NCBI RefSeq assembly: GCF_000981785.2
Contig: NZ_CP011304.1
Span: 4,110,001 to 4,142,000 of the forward strand
Reading direction: 5' to 3'
DNA from: Microcystis aeruginosa NIES-2549
Lineage (GTDB): Bacteria > Cyanobacteriota > Cyanobacteriia > Cyanobacteriales > Microcystaceae
DNA: 32,000 nucleotides
Shown: piece after piece, positions 8,131 through 16,566 of the stretch
Position numbering within the stretch: position 1 is the stretch's first letter
How the letters are laid out: the number at the start of each line of letters is the position of its first letter
Notes under the pieces: model-generated
Seen by the model: the letters and a program-made list of their open reading frames with translations, nothing else
What the model was told of the DNA's origin: nothing
The model's database searches: none
Translations under genes and position numbers: made by a program

Positions 8131-9240
8131 TGAGTCCCACAGTTCGGACAGTCCCACTCTCGAACATTTAACGGCAGCTTTTTCACAATATACCCACAAT
8201 TACTGCACCGTTTAGAACTGGGAAAACATCTATCTATTTCGATGTAATTTTTCCCGTACCAACGGCATTTATAGGCTAATTGTCGGGTAATTTCTCCCCA
8301 GCTTACATCAGATATTGCCTGAGATAATTTCGGGTTTTTGACCATATTCTTGATGGCTAAATTCTCAACCACAATCGTTTGGTTTTCACGAACTAATTGA
8401 GTGGTTAGCTTGTGTAAATGGTCTTTTCTGCTATCGGTGATTTGAGCGTGAATTTTGGCTACTTTGATTTTTGCCTTTTCTCGATTCTTTGAGTCTTTCT
8501 GTTTTCTAGAAAGATTTTTCGATGCTCTTCGCAACCTCTGATAATGTTTCTTAAAATGCTTAGGATTAGACACTTTATCGCCGTCGCTGGTAATCACGAG
8601 GCTACTAATTCCTAAGTCAATTCCAATGGCTTTATCTGTTACTGGTAAAGGCTTAATCGTTGGGTCATCAAATCTAATTGAGATATGCCAACGTCCAGAA
8701 GGATGTAATCTGACCGTTACTGTACTTGGTTCACATCCGTCTGGTATTTGTCTTGACCATCGAATAGGTAAAGGTTCTGTGCATTTGGCTAAATAGATTT
8801 GTTTGTCTTTGAACTTAAAAGCAGATTTGGTAAATTCGGCACTTCCTCCTTGATGTTTTTTCTTAAAGTTAGGATACTTAGTGCGACCAGCAAAGAAGTT
8901 AGTAAAAGCTGTTTGTAGGTGTCTTAAACCTTGTTGTAAAGGAACACAGCTAACCCCATTCAAGAAGTCTAATTCTTCTTGTTTTTTCCACTCAGTCAAC
9001 ATCGAAGAAGTTTCAGCATATCCTACTCTTTCTTGTCTTTCGTACCAAGCTTGTGTTCTGAGATGGAGAGCTTTATTGTAAACTAATCTTACACAGCCCA
9101 AAGTGCGCCGCAATAGCGACTCTTGTTCTGCTGTGGGGTAAAATCGAAACGAATAGGCTTTCTCCATATCTCACATTCTAGCATATATCGTGTAAATGCG
9201 CTAGTATTTCATAGTAAAGCCGTCCTTTGAGAACGGGGTT
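7940..9240 (-). mobile_element. IS200/IS605-family (IS1341-like) element carrying only tnpB; both ends are approximate
   Basis: It contains the tnpB ORF. A GC-rich imperfect hairpin lies 12-33 nt past the tnpB stop (7947-7968, cgccgccgt-aaa-acgg-a-cggcg). An imperfect hairpin lies upstream of the start (9220-9236, ccgtcctttgagaacgg). No Y1 transposase ORF fits in the 160 bp upstream. Exact ends cannot be set from a single copy. Confidence 0.6.
7980..9167 (-). CDS. tnpB: TnpB (OrfB) RNA-guided endonuclease of the IS200/IS605 family
   Basis: The N-terminus MEKAYSFRFYPTAEQESLLRRTLGCVRLVYNKAL is classic OrfB_IS605. The RuvC triad candidates are IGIDLGI (D), VVENLAIKNM (E) and HHDRDINASKNI (D). 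The zinc finger reads CSNCGY...CPNCGTHHDRD. Confidence 0.92.
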   Translation of the reverse strand: MEKAYSFRFYPTAEQESLLRRTLGCVRLVYNKALHLRTQAWYERQERVGYAETSSMLTEWKKQEELDFLNGVSCVPLQQGLRHLQTAFTNFFAGRTKYPNFKKKHQGGSAEFTKSAFKFKDKQIYLAKCTEPLPIRWSRQIPDGCEPSTVTVRLHPSGRWHISIRFDDPTIKPLPVTDKAIGIDLGISSLVITSDGDKVSNPKHFKKHYQRLRRASKNLSRKQKDSKNREKAKIKVAKIHAQITDSRKDHLHKLTTQLVRENQTIVVENLAIKNMVKNPKLSQAISDVSWGEITRQLAYKCRWYGKNYIEIDRCFPSSKRCSNCGYIVKKLPLNVREWDCPNCGTHHDRDINASKNILAAGLAVSVCGATIRPEQSKTGAAGAKNPSGKKQKPKS

Positions 9241-9327
9241 TCAGAGCCAAAATTGGCGATGACACTTTAGAACCAGTGATTTTTTTTCCTAAACCCAAGT
9301 TTTTCTGCTGGCAATTCCTTATTATCT

Positions 9328-9879
9328 ATGTCCTTGACTATGCCTCAGTCTGCCGAGTCCTCCACGGGTGAGGATTTACCCCTAGCTATCTCACCCAGTA
9401 ACGAGCAGTTAGAGAATATTAATAGCTATTTAAACCTGATTTTGGCGGCTTTAGTCTCTCTAGCTAATTTAGACTCTGAGTCTATCACCCAAGCAGCCCA
9501 AGAATTAGCCTTAGATGCAGATACAAGCGATCGCCTAGTTGCCCACCACTGGCAACCCCAGTCAAACCTCTCCCTAGCGGACATCCGTTCTCTAGTTCTC
9601 CTCCTCTGTCATCTAGCCCAAAAAAAGCAAGAGTTAATCCGTCGCGCCGTAATTCTCCTGGAACAAGTGGGGACTCAAGGAGAAGAACCGGTCAAAACCA
9701 CGCTTTTGGGCAATTATATCGATAATTTTCGCTTAAAATACCCAGAAATATCGGCAAATAATCTCAGTGATTCTAGCCTGACTTCCCTAGCCTGGAAATT
9801 ATTAATCGATTTATTGTTCTATAGCAGCCCCCGCAGTCATCTCCTTCTCTGGCACACCCTTTTGGCAAGTCAAAAGTAA
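9328..9879 (+). CDS. Conserved cyanobacterial hypothetical protein (probably DUF3038)
   Basis: 183-aa soluble ORF immediately upstream of a DUF4335-type gene. I recall that pairing as recurrent in cyanobacteria. The domain name is from memory and was not tested. Confidence 0.5.
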   Translation: MSLTMPQSAESSTGEDLPLAISPSNEQLENINSYLNLILAALVSLANLDSESITQAAQELALDADTSDRLVAHHWQPQSNLSLADIRSLVLLLCHLAQKKQELIRRAVILLEQVGTQGEEPVKTTLLGNYIDNFRLKYPEISANNLSDSSLTSLAWKLLIDLLFYSSPRSHLLLWHTLLASQK

Positions 9880-9888
9880 AAAGGCTAT

Positions 9889-10036
9889 CAGTTATCAGTT
9901 ATCATTTATCAGTTTTCAGATGTAAGTTTTCAGTTCACTGTTTACTGTTTACTGTTTACTGAACGGCTACGCCGTGCCTTTGGCAACACTGAAAAAAGCT
10001 TCCCAGTTCATAATTCATAATTCATAATTTATAATT
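9889..10036 (+). repeat. Composite intergenic repeat, copy A: heptamer block, 45-nt unique core, heptamer block
   Basis: The first block reads CAGTTAT CAGTTAT CATTTAT CAGTTTT CAGATGT AAGTTTT CAGTTCA CTGTTTA x3. The core is gaacggctacgccgtgcctttggcaacactgaaaaaagcttccca (9961-10005). The second block is TTCATAA x3 plus TTTATAA (10007-10036). The core matches the reverse complement of 17596-17640 at 44 of 45 positions. Confidence 0.9.
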
Positions 10037-10053
10037 CCCGCCGATAACTAAAA

Positions 10054-11391
10054 ATGAGTAATCTAATTCGCAAATATACACCCCCCACCTGTACCCTAGA
10101 AATTTTGGGAAATAGTTCACCCCTAGCAGTTTGGCTGGGTAAAAATGTCTTAAACGATGCCCACTTTCAATTGCGCTTTGATGATCCTAGATTGAGTGAG
10201 GAAAAACAGGTGACGATCAAAGGCGATCGCACACAATTACAACTACTAGGGGAAATTGTCGCTAATTATGTGCAGAATTTACTCTCTAGTCCCGTTTCTA
10301 GCCTCTCTTTCGTGGCTAGTGGTTCCCCCGAAAGCCATCTCCCCTCCTTACCCTCTCTCCGTTGTCAGGGACTTCTCCAGCATCAATTATTTTTAGGTTC
10401 CCTGCTAACCGATCAGGATAAACAGGAGATCGAATTAACCACATCGCAATTATTCGATCTAGCCAATGCTTTAGGGGAATATAACCATGAAAGTCCCCTA
10501 ATACCCCCTTTAATTCGCCAGAAAACTCGAAAAAATGCCCTGATCTGGACGGGATTAATCGCTTCGGCCCTAATAACTATCGGGGGAATAGCGATCGCAT
10601 TTTATCAACGGCAAGAAGTGGTCAACAATGATTTAACCAGCGATCCCAATAGCGCCAAGATTCCCCAACCCTTGCCAACGCTGCCTTTACCCCCCACGGG
10701 AACAGCCGCCCCAAACCCGCAGTTACCGGCAAATTTGGGCAATAAAACCCCTTTACCGCCACCGCCGCCCGTGGGAACCGTTCCAGTGCCAGTGCGCCCC
10801 TCTAGCGTCCCCCTAGTGATTCCGCCGCCCACTTTACCGCCACCACCAGTCACAGGTTCGCGTCGTGGCGGCACGGCGATCGTAATTGAACCGAATAATC
10901 AGAACATCCCGATTACTGCCCCCCCCGTTACTGGCGCTCAGGGTACAAATGCACTAGCAAATATTCCCCCCACCACGATGAATCCGACTCCAGCACCGCC
11001 AAAATTGCCCAATTTACCGCCTATAAGCCCTATTAACCCCGAAAATGCCAATTTAGACCCCAAACCGCCCAAAAGCACCGCTAAAGCCCCAGAGACGAAT
11101 TTACTAGATACAATTCCCCAAGTGGCAGAAACCAGAGAATATTTTCAATCCCGTTGGCAACCGCCGGAAAGTCTCAAGCATACTCTAGAGTACCGTTTGG
11201 TCTTAAATCAGGATGGTTCCCTAAAACAGATTATTCCCCTCGGACAGGCGGCGAAAATCTATCTCGATCGCACTAATATGCCCCTGCTTAATCAACCTTT
11301 TGTTTCTCCCCTCGATATCTCCGGTAATCCCCAATTGCGTCTGGTTCTCGGTTCCGATGGTACGGTGCGGACTTTTATGGAACAGCAATAG
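10054..11391 (+). CDS. DUF4335-type protein: N-terminal domain, one TM helix, about 145-aa proline-rich linker, C-terminal domain
   Basis: The N-terminus YTPPTCTLEI...FQLRFDDPR...I.GDR.QL..L is as I recall for DUF4335. The TM helix is ALIWTGLIASALITIGGIAIAFY. The Pro-rich tract spans roughly 10651-11089. Confidence 0.6.
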   Translation: MSNLIRKYTPPTCTLEILGNSSPLAVWLGKNVLNDAHFQLRFDDPRLSEEKQVTIKGDRTQLQLLGEIVANYVQNLLSSPVSSLSFVASGSPESHLPSLPSLRCQGLLQHQLFLGSLLTDQDKQEIELTTSQLFDLANALGEYNHESPLIPPLIRQKTRKNALIWTGLIASALITIGGIAIAFYQRQEVVNNDLTSDPNSAKIPQPLPTLPLPPTGTAAPNPQLPANLGNKTPLPPPPPVGTVPVPVRPSSVPLVIPPPTLPPPPVTGSRRGGTAIVIEPNNQNIPITAPPVTGAQGTNALANIPPTTMNPTPAPPKLPNLPPISPINPENANLDPKPPKSTAKAPETNLLDTIPQVAETREYFQSRWQPPESLKHTLEYRLVLNQDGSLKQIIPLGQAAKIYLDRTNMPLLNQPFVSPLDISGNPQLRLVLGSDGTVRTFMEQQ

Positions 11392-11450
11392 GCTGTACTG
11401 CATTTAAGTAGCTGGTTATAATTAAATTAAAAATTGATTTTAGGTTCGAT

Positions 11451-11480
11451 CCCCCCTTAATCCCCCCTTAATAAGGGGGG
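11451..11480. terminator. GC-clamped hairpin between convergent genes (ccccccttaat direct duplication, then the CCCCCCTTA/TAAGGGGGG palindrome)
   Basis: The palindrome ccccccttaataagggggg at 11462-11480 forms an 8-9 bp stem. It lies between the 3' ends of 10054..11391 (+) and 11509..11775 (-). There is no clear U-tract, so terminator function is inferred. Confidence 0.45.
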
Positions 11481-11508
11481 CATCTGATAATTTTTAACGC
11501 CTACCTAC

Positions 11509-11775
11509 TTAATTAACAATAATCTCGTCGGCGCTGTCCGGTTGGTTCATTTCCGTTAGGGTTTGCCAACCTGATTGCCAGAGATTCGCGTCTTGCAACT
11601 GTTTAGCATTAATCCAGAAGCGGACAGTCGGATCGCAGGAAGCGACTAATTCGGCAAAAACCCATTGACCGCGATTTTGACGATTGACCACTTGAAAATG
11701 TCGCCAGCCCCATGTTTTTTGTTTTGCCGTCCATTTTGATCCCAAGAGATGGGGATATTTCTGTTTTTTGGGCAT
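11509..11775 (-). CDS. TIGR02450-family tryptophan-rich small protein
   Basis: 88 aa with the pattern KWTA..K.WGWRHFQV.........VFAELVA......RFWINAKQL.D...W..GW, as I recall for this family. Confidence 0.65.
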   Translation of the reverse strand: MPKKQKYPHLLGSKWTAKQKTWGWRHFQVVNRQNRGQWVFAELVASCDPTVRFWINAKQLQDANLWQSGWQTLTEMNQPDSADEIIVN

Positions 11776-11911
11776 AAAAGTTAAGACATCTGAGTTCGGG
11801 ATAGGCTAAAACCCTTATATTATCCTATGTCTGCCAACCCGATTCTTTTCCCAGAGCGAAGGACTCGATGACAAACTGAAAAAAAGCCAGCAGAACAAAA
11901 GTCAAATTATC

Positions 11912-11931
11912 GGGGCGCTTAAGTGCGCCCC
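11912..11931 (-). terminator. Hairpin 9 nt downstream of the lexA stop (GGGGCGC-ttaagt-GCGCCCC)
   Basis: A perfect 7-bp GC stem with a 6-nt loop. On the minus strand it is followed by gataattt, a weak U-tract. Confidence 0.5.
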
Positions 11932-11939
11932 CGTTTTGG

Positions 11940-12554
11940 CTAATAACCGCGCCAAACACCAACCAAAACCCCTTGTACTTGTACTTGTTCGGTATTGGCT
12001 GTAATTGGTTGATATTTTTGATTGGAGGGTTGGAGAGTGATGATTTCTCCTTCTTGGTAGAAACGTTTTAAAGTAGTACCGTGGCCTTCCACTCTAGCGG
12101 CGACGATTTCCCCATTGGACACCCCTTCATTGCCGGTGAGAGAACGCATAATCACCAGATCCCCATCGGCAATATGATCCTCGATCATACTGTCTCCAGA
12201 AACGCGCAGAGCATAACAGTCTTGACTGCGTTGCAACAGGTTAGAAAGATCGAGTTTTTCTTCCACATCGGTGAAGGGTTCCACTAAACCACCAGCAGCG
12301 ATCGCACCTAGAACCGGTAAACCCTGCACTGGTTGTTTGAGAATCCGCAGGGTGCGTGCTTTTCCTTCTGTCCAATCAATATAGCCTTTGGCGCGTAAAC
12401 GTTCTAAACGGCTTTGAATCGGTGCGGGAGAGCGTAAATTCATCGCTCGCATCATTTGCCGGATGGAAGGGGCGTGTTGCGTAGTACGAATATACTCAAT
12501 TAGCCAGTCGTACAACTCCTGTTGCGCTTGAGTAAGGGATTCGAGGTTAGTCAT
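11940..12554 (-). CDS. lexA: LexA repressor (S24 peptidase)
   Basis: It has a winged-helix N-terminus (SIRQMMRAMNLRSPAPIQSRLERLRAKGYI). The Ala-Gly cleavage context GAIAAGGLVEP is present, as are the catalytic Ser in VSGDSMIED and Lys in TTLKRFY. Confidence 0.92.
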   Translation of the reverse strand: MTNLESLTQAQQELYDWLIEYIRTTQHAPSIRQMMRAMNLRSPAPIQSRLERLRAKGYIDWTEGKARTLRILKQPVQGLPVLGAIAAGGLVEPFTDVEEKLDLSNLLQRSQDCYALRVSGDSMIEDHIADGDLVIMRSLTGNEGVSNGEIVAARVEGHGTTLKRFYQEGEIITLQPSNQKYQPITANTEQVQVQGVLVGVWRGY

Positions 12555-12587
12555 GATCTATTTTCCTATCCTTGGGTTAAGATAATT

Positions 12588-12601
12588 TGTACTTTAGTTC
12601 A
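12588..12601. promoter_or_regulatory. Candidate cyanobacterial LexA box, TGTACTTTAGTTCA
   Basis: It matches the published cyanobacterial consensus RGTAC-NNN-DGTWCB at every core position (GTAC, D, GTWC) and mismatches only the two outermost bases. It lies 34-47 nt upstream of the lexA ATG. A half-site, AGTAC, is at 12616-12620. Confidence 0.45.
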
Positions 12602-13009
12602 TTTGTGTTTAACCTAGTACATCTTAACTTCATCGGCCGACTAAATCAACTGGTTATTGAGACCGCTGGCAAAAATCAAAAATTTAGGAAATTAATTCTG
12701 CACGATTACTTATCAATTCTCAATATTAATTAATCCAGGTGACAATTGCTGGCAAACTCAGCAGCGTATTAAGAAAAAATAACGAATTGCTAGAAAGCCA
12801 AGAATCTGGATAATGATCGAGGTGGAGACAGAAAAATTGCTCTACTTAAGCCTGTCTGCCCTAAGCGTCCAATAGTAGATAGGGAGTCAAAAGCGACGCT
12901 CAAAGAAAATCCTTCGGTTGTCAGGGAAACGACAGGATATTTAGTGCGAAATTGAGCCGTAAAAAAAACTTAAAATCCCGACAAATATCGTCAAAACTAA
13001 GGGGAACAC

Positions 13010-16000
13010 ATGACCACAAAAACCTATGCAACCATAGATGGTAACGAAGCTGTTGCGCGCGTTGCCTATCGTCTCAGTGAAGTGATCGCTATTTATCCTA
13101 TCACTCCCTCCTCGCCTATGGGTGAATGGTCCGATAGTTGGGCAGCCGAACGCAGAGCTAATCTCTGGGGAACCATTCCTTCCGTAATCGAAATGCAGAG
13201 CGAAGGTGGGGCAGCGGGAACCCTGCACGGAGCGCTACAAACAGGCTCTTTAACTACTACTTTTACTTCCTCCCAGGGATTATTATTAATGCTCCCTAAC
13301 TTCTACAAAATTGCTGGGGAATTGACCTCTTCAGTAGTCCATGTGGCGGCCCGTGCTTTAGCAGCCCAAGGGTTGTCAATTTTTGGGGATCATAGTGATG
13401 TTATGTCTGCCAGAAGTACGGGTTGGGCCATGTTAGCGGCTAATTCCGTTCAAGAAGCTCATGATCTGTCGGCAATCGCCACGGCTACCACCCTAGAAAC
13501 CAGGATTCCTTTCCTGCACTTTTTTGATGGTTTTCGTACCAGTCATGAGGTGCAAAAAGTCGAATTAATTAGCGATGAAACTCTCAAAGAACTGATCGAT
13601 GAAGACCTAATTATTGCCCATCGTCAAAGGGCTTTAACTCCCGATCGACCGGTGTTACGAGGCACGGCACAAAATCCCGATGTTTATTTCCAGGCAAGGG
13701 AAAGCGTCAATCCTTTCTATTATGCTTGTCCCGATATAGCCCAAAAAATTATGGATCGTTTTGCCCAATTAACAGGAAGGCAATACCATCTCTATGAATA
13801 CCACGGTGCGCCCGATGCCGAAAGAGTGATTATGTTAATGGGATCGGGAGCGGAAACCGTCCATGAAACCGTGGATTATCTCAATCAAAATGGGGCTAAA
13901 GTTGGGGTTTTAAAAGTTCGTCTCTATCGTCCCTTTGCCGCCGAAAAATTACTGGCAGCTCTGCCCACCACGGTGAAAAAAATAGCCGTTTTAGATCGCT
14001 GTAAAGAACCCGGTGCCGGGGGCGATCCGCTATATTTAGACGTGGTAAATGCCTTTATGGAAGAGTACGAAGGCAAGCTGCCGAAAATTGTGGGAGGACG
14101 CTACGGTTTATCTTCCAAAGAATTTACTCCAGCCATGGTTGCTGGCATATTTGATAACTTAAGTCTCGACAAACCGAAAAATCATTTCACTATCGGTATC
14201 GTTGATGATCTCACCTTTTCCAGTTTGGAATATGACCGCAGTTTTTCCACTGAACCGGACGAAGTAGTGCGGGCGGTTTTCTACGGTTTAGGTTCCGATG
14301 GTACGGTGGGAGCTAACAAAAATTCAATTAAAATTATCGGTGAAGATACGGATAATTATGCCCAGGGTTATTTCGTCTATGATTCCAAAAAATCTGGCTC
14401 CGTCACCGTTTCTCACCTACGCTTTGGACCCAGGCCGATTCGCTCTACCTATTTAATCACTGATGCTAACTTTATCGCCTGTCATCAGTGGGAATTTATC
14501 GAACAATTTGACCTGCTAGAAACCGCTAAACCGAACTCTATTTTTCTCCTCAATAGTCCCTATCCACCGGAGGAGGTATTTAGTCACTTACCGCGCCATC
14601 TCCAGCAAACTATCATCGACAAAAATCTGCAAGTTTATACGATTAATGCCACTCAAGTGGCCAAAGAAGCGGGGATGGGCAGTCGGATTAATACCGTCAT
14701 GCAGGTGTGTTTCTTTGCCCTAGCGGGGGTTTTGTCTCGGGAAGATGCGATCGCACAAATCAAAAAAGCCATCCGCAAGACCTACGGCAAGAAAGGGGAA
14801 GAAATCGTGCAGATGAACATCAAAGCTGTGGATTCTGCCCTAGAAAACCTCTATCAAGTCCCAATTCCCGCTACCGTTACCCCTGAAGCTTTTGAATTAA
14901 GACCACCGATTCCCGACAACGCACCCGCTTTCGTCCGAGAAGTCCTCGGCAAAATTATCGCCCGTCACGGGGATGAATTGCCCGTTAGCGCCCTTCCCAA
15001 CGATGGTACTTACCCCACCGCCACTAGCCAATGGGAAAAACGCAATATTGCCCAAGAAATCCCCGTTTGGGATGCGGATGTCTGTGTTCAATGCGGTAAA
15101 TGCGTTCTTGTTTGTCCCCACGCCGTTATTCGCTCGAAAGTCTATGACGAGGCCGAATTAGCCACGGCCCCGGAAACTTTTAAAGTCGCTAATGCCAAGG
15201 ATCACGACTGGAAAGGGCTAAAATTCACCATCCAAGTGGCCGCCGAAGATTGTACCGGTTGCGGTCTCTGCGTTGATGTTTGCCCCGCTAAAAACAAATC
15301 GCAACCGCGTCTAAGAGCGATTAATATGGCTCCCCAATTGCCCCTGCGGGAACAGGAACGAGTTAACTGGGATTTCTTCCTTAATTTGCCTAATCCAGAC
15401 CGATTAAGCCTAAATCTCAATAAAATTAACCATCAGCAAATGCAGGAACCTCTCTTTGAGTTTTCCGGCGCTTGTGCCGGTTGTGGTGAGACTCCCTACG
15501 TTAAATTAGTCAGTCAGTTATTTGGCGATCGCATGATAGTGGCTAATGCCACCGGTTGTTCATCTATCTACGGAGGTAATTTACCGACAACACCCTGGGC
15601 AGTTAACGCCGAAGGTCGCGGTCCGGCCTGGTCGAATTCCCTGTTTGAAGATAATGCCGAATTTGGCTTAGGATTCCGAGTTTCCATCGATAAACAGGCA
15701 GAATTTGCGTCCGAACTTTTACAAACCCTCGCTAGTGAAATCGGAGAAAGTCTAGCGGCAGATATTCTCAATTGTCACCAAGTCGATGAAGCGGAAATTT
15801 ACGAACAACGGCATCGGGTAGAGGACCTAAAATCCCGTTTAGGGCAATTAACCCCGACCACGCAGGTGAAAATGTTGTTATCCGTGGCCGATTATCTGGT
15901 CAAGAAAAGCGTCTGGATTGTCGGGGGTGACGGTTGGGCCTACGACATCGGTTATGGTGGCTTAGATCACGTTTTAGCCAGTGGTCGCAATGTGAATATT

Positions 16001-16564
16001 TTGGTCATGGATACGGAAGTTTACTCGAATACGGGTGGACAAGCCTCGAAAGCTACTCCTCGCGCCGCCGTAGCTAAATTTGCTTCTGGTGGCAAACCAG
16101 GACCGAAAAAAGACCTCGGTTTAATGGCCATGACCTACGGTAACGTCTATGTGGCCAGCGTGGCTATGGGGGCAAAAAACGAGCAAACTATCAAAGCTTT
16201 CCTAGAAGCGGAAGCTTATAACGGGCCATCGTTAATTATCGCCTATTCTCACTGTATTGCTCACGGGATCAACATGACCACCGCCATGAACCATCAAAAA
16301 GAAGTGGTGGAAAGCGGTCGCTGGTTAATGTACCGTTATCATCCCGATTTAGCTAAAGAAGGCAAAAATCCCCTGCAATTGGACAGCCGTGCGCCTAAAC
16401 TTACCGTAGCGCAAACTCTCTACTCGGAGAATCGCTTTAAGATGTTGGCCACCAGTAAGCCGGAGGAAGCTAAACGTCTGCTCAAAGAAGCACAAGCAGA
16501 TGTGGATACGCGCTGGCAAATGTATCAGTATTTAGCAGCAAAAGGTACAGGGAGCAAGGAATAG
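13010..16564 (+). CDS. nifJ: Pyruvate:ferredoxin (flavodoxin) oxidoreductase
   Basis: 1184-aa single-chain PFOR. It has two 4Fe-4S ferredoxin motifs (CVQCGKCVLVCP and CTGCGLCVDVCP) and a TPP-binding region (GGDGWAYDIGYGGLDH...NTGGQ). The N-terminus DGNEAVARVAYRLSEVIAIYPITPSS is typical. Confidence 0.95.
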   Translation: MTTKTYATIDGNEAVARVAYRLSEVIAIYPITPSSPMGEWSDSWAAERRANLWGTIPSVIEMQSEGGAAGTLHGALQTGSLTTTFTSSQGLLLMLPNFYKIAGELTSSVVHVAARALAAQGLSIFGDHSDVMSARSTGWAMLAANSVQEAHDLSAIATATTLETRIPFLHFFDGFRTSHEVQKVELISDETLKELIDEDLIIAHRQRALTPDRPVLRGTAQNPDVYFQARESVNPFYYACPDIAQKIMDRFAQLTGRQYHLYEYHGAPDAERVIMLMGSGAETVHETVDYLNQNGAKVGVLKVRLYRPFAAEKLLAALPTTVKKIAVLDRCKEPGAGGDPLYLDVVNAFMEEYEGKLPKIVGGRYGLSSKEFTPAMVAGIFDNLSLDKPKNHFTIGIVDDLTFSSLEYDRSFSTEPDEVVRAVFYGLGSDGTVGANKNSIKIIGEDTDNYAQGYFVYDSKKSGSVTVSHLRFGPRPIRSTYLITDANFIACHQWEFIEQFDLLETAKPNSIFLLNSPYPPEEVFSHLPRHLQQTIIDKNLQVYTINATQVAKEAGMGSRINTVMQVCFFALAGVLSREDAIAQIKKAIRKTYGKKGEEIVQMNIKAVDSALENLYQVPIPATVTPEAFELRPPIPDNAPAFVREVLGKIIARHGDELPVSALPNDGTYPTATSQWEKRNIAQEIPVWDADVCVQCGKCVLVCPHAVIRSKVYDEAELATAPETFKVANAKDHDWKGLKFTIQVAAEDCTGCGLCVDVCPAKNKSQPRLRAINMAPQLPLREQERVNWDFFLNLPNPDRLSLNLNKINHQQMQEPLFEFSGACAGCGETPYVKLVSQLFGDRMIVANATGCSSIYGGNLPTTPWAVNAEGRGPAWSNSLFEDNAEFGLGFRVSIDKQAEFASELLQTLASEIGESLAADILNCHQVDEAEIYEQRHRVEDLKSRLGQLTPTTQVKMLLSVADYLVKKSVWIVGGDGWAYDIGYGGLDHVLASGRNVNILVMDTEVYSNTGGQASKATPRAAVAKFASGGKPGPKKDLGLMAMTYGNVYVASVAMGAKNEQTIKAFLEAEAYNGPSLIIAYSHCIAHGINMTTAMNHQKEVVESGRWLMYRYHPDLAKEGKNPLQLDSRAPKLTVAQTLYSENRFKMLATSKPEEAKRLLKEAQADVDTRWQMYQYLAAKGTGSKE

Positions 16565-16566
16565 TT

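Noticed and set aside
10605-10874. 89-aa Gly-rich ORF on the minus strand
   Set aside because: It is the mirror image of the proline-rich (CCN) tract of the DUF4335 gene. GGN codons arise automatically on the opposite strand.
12941-13228. 95-aa minus-strand ORF spanning the nifJ start
   Set aside because: It overlaps the highly conserved N-terminus of PFOR and has no SD. It is probably a chance open frame.
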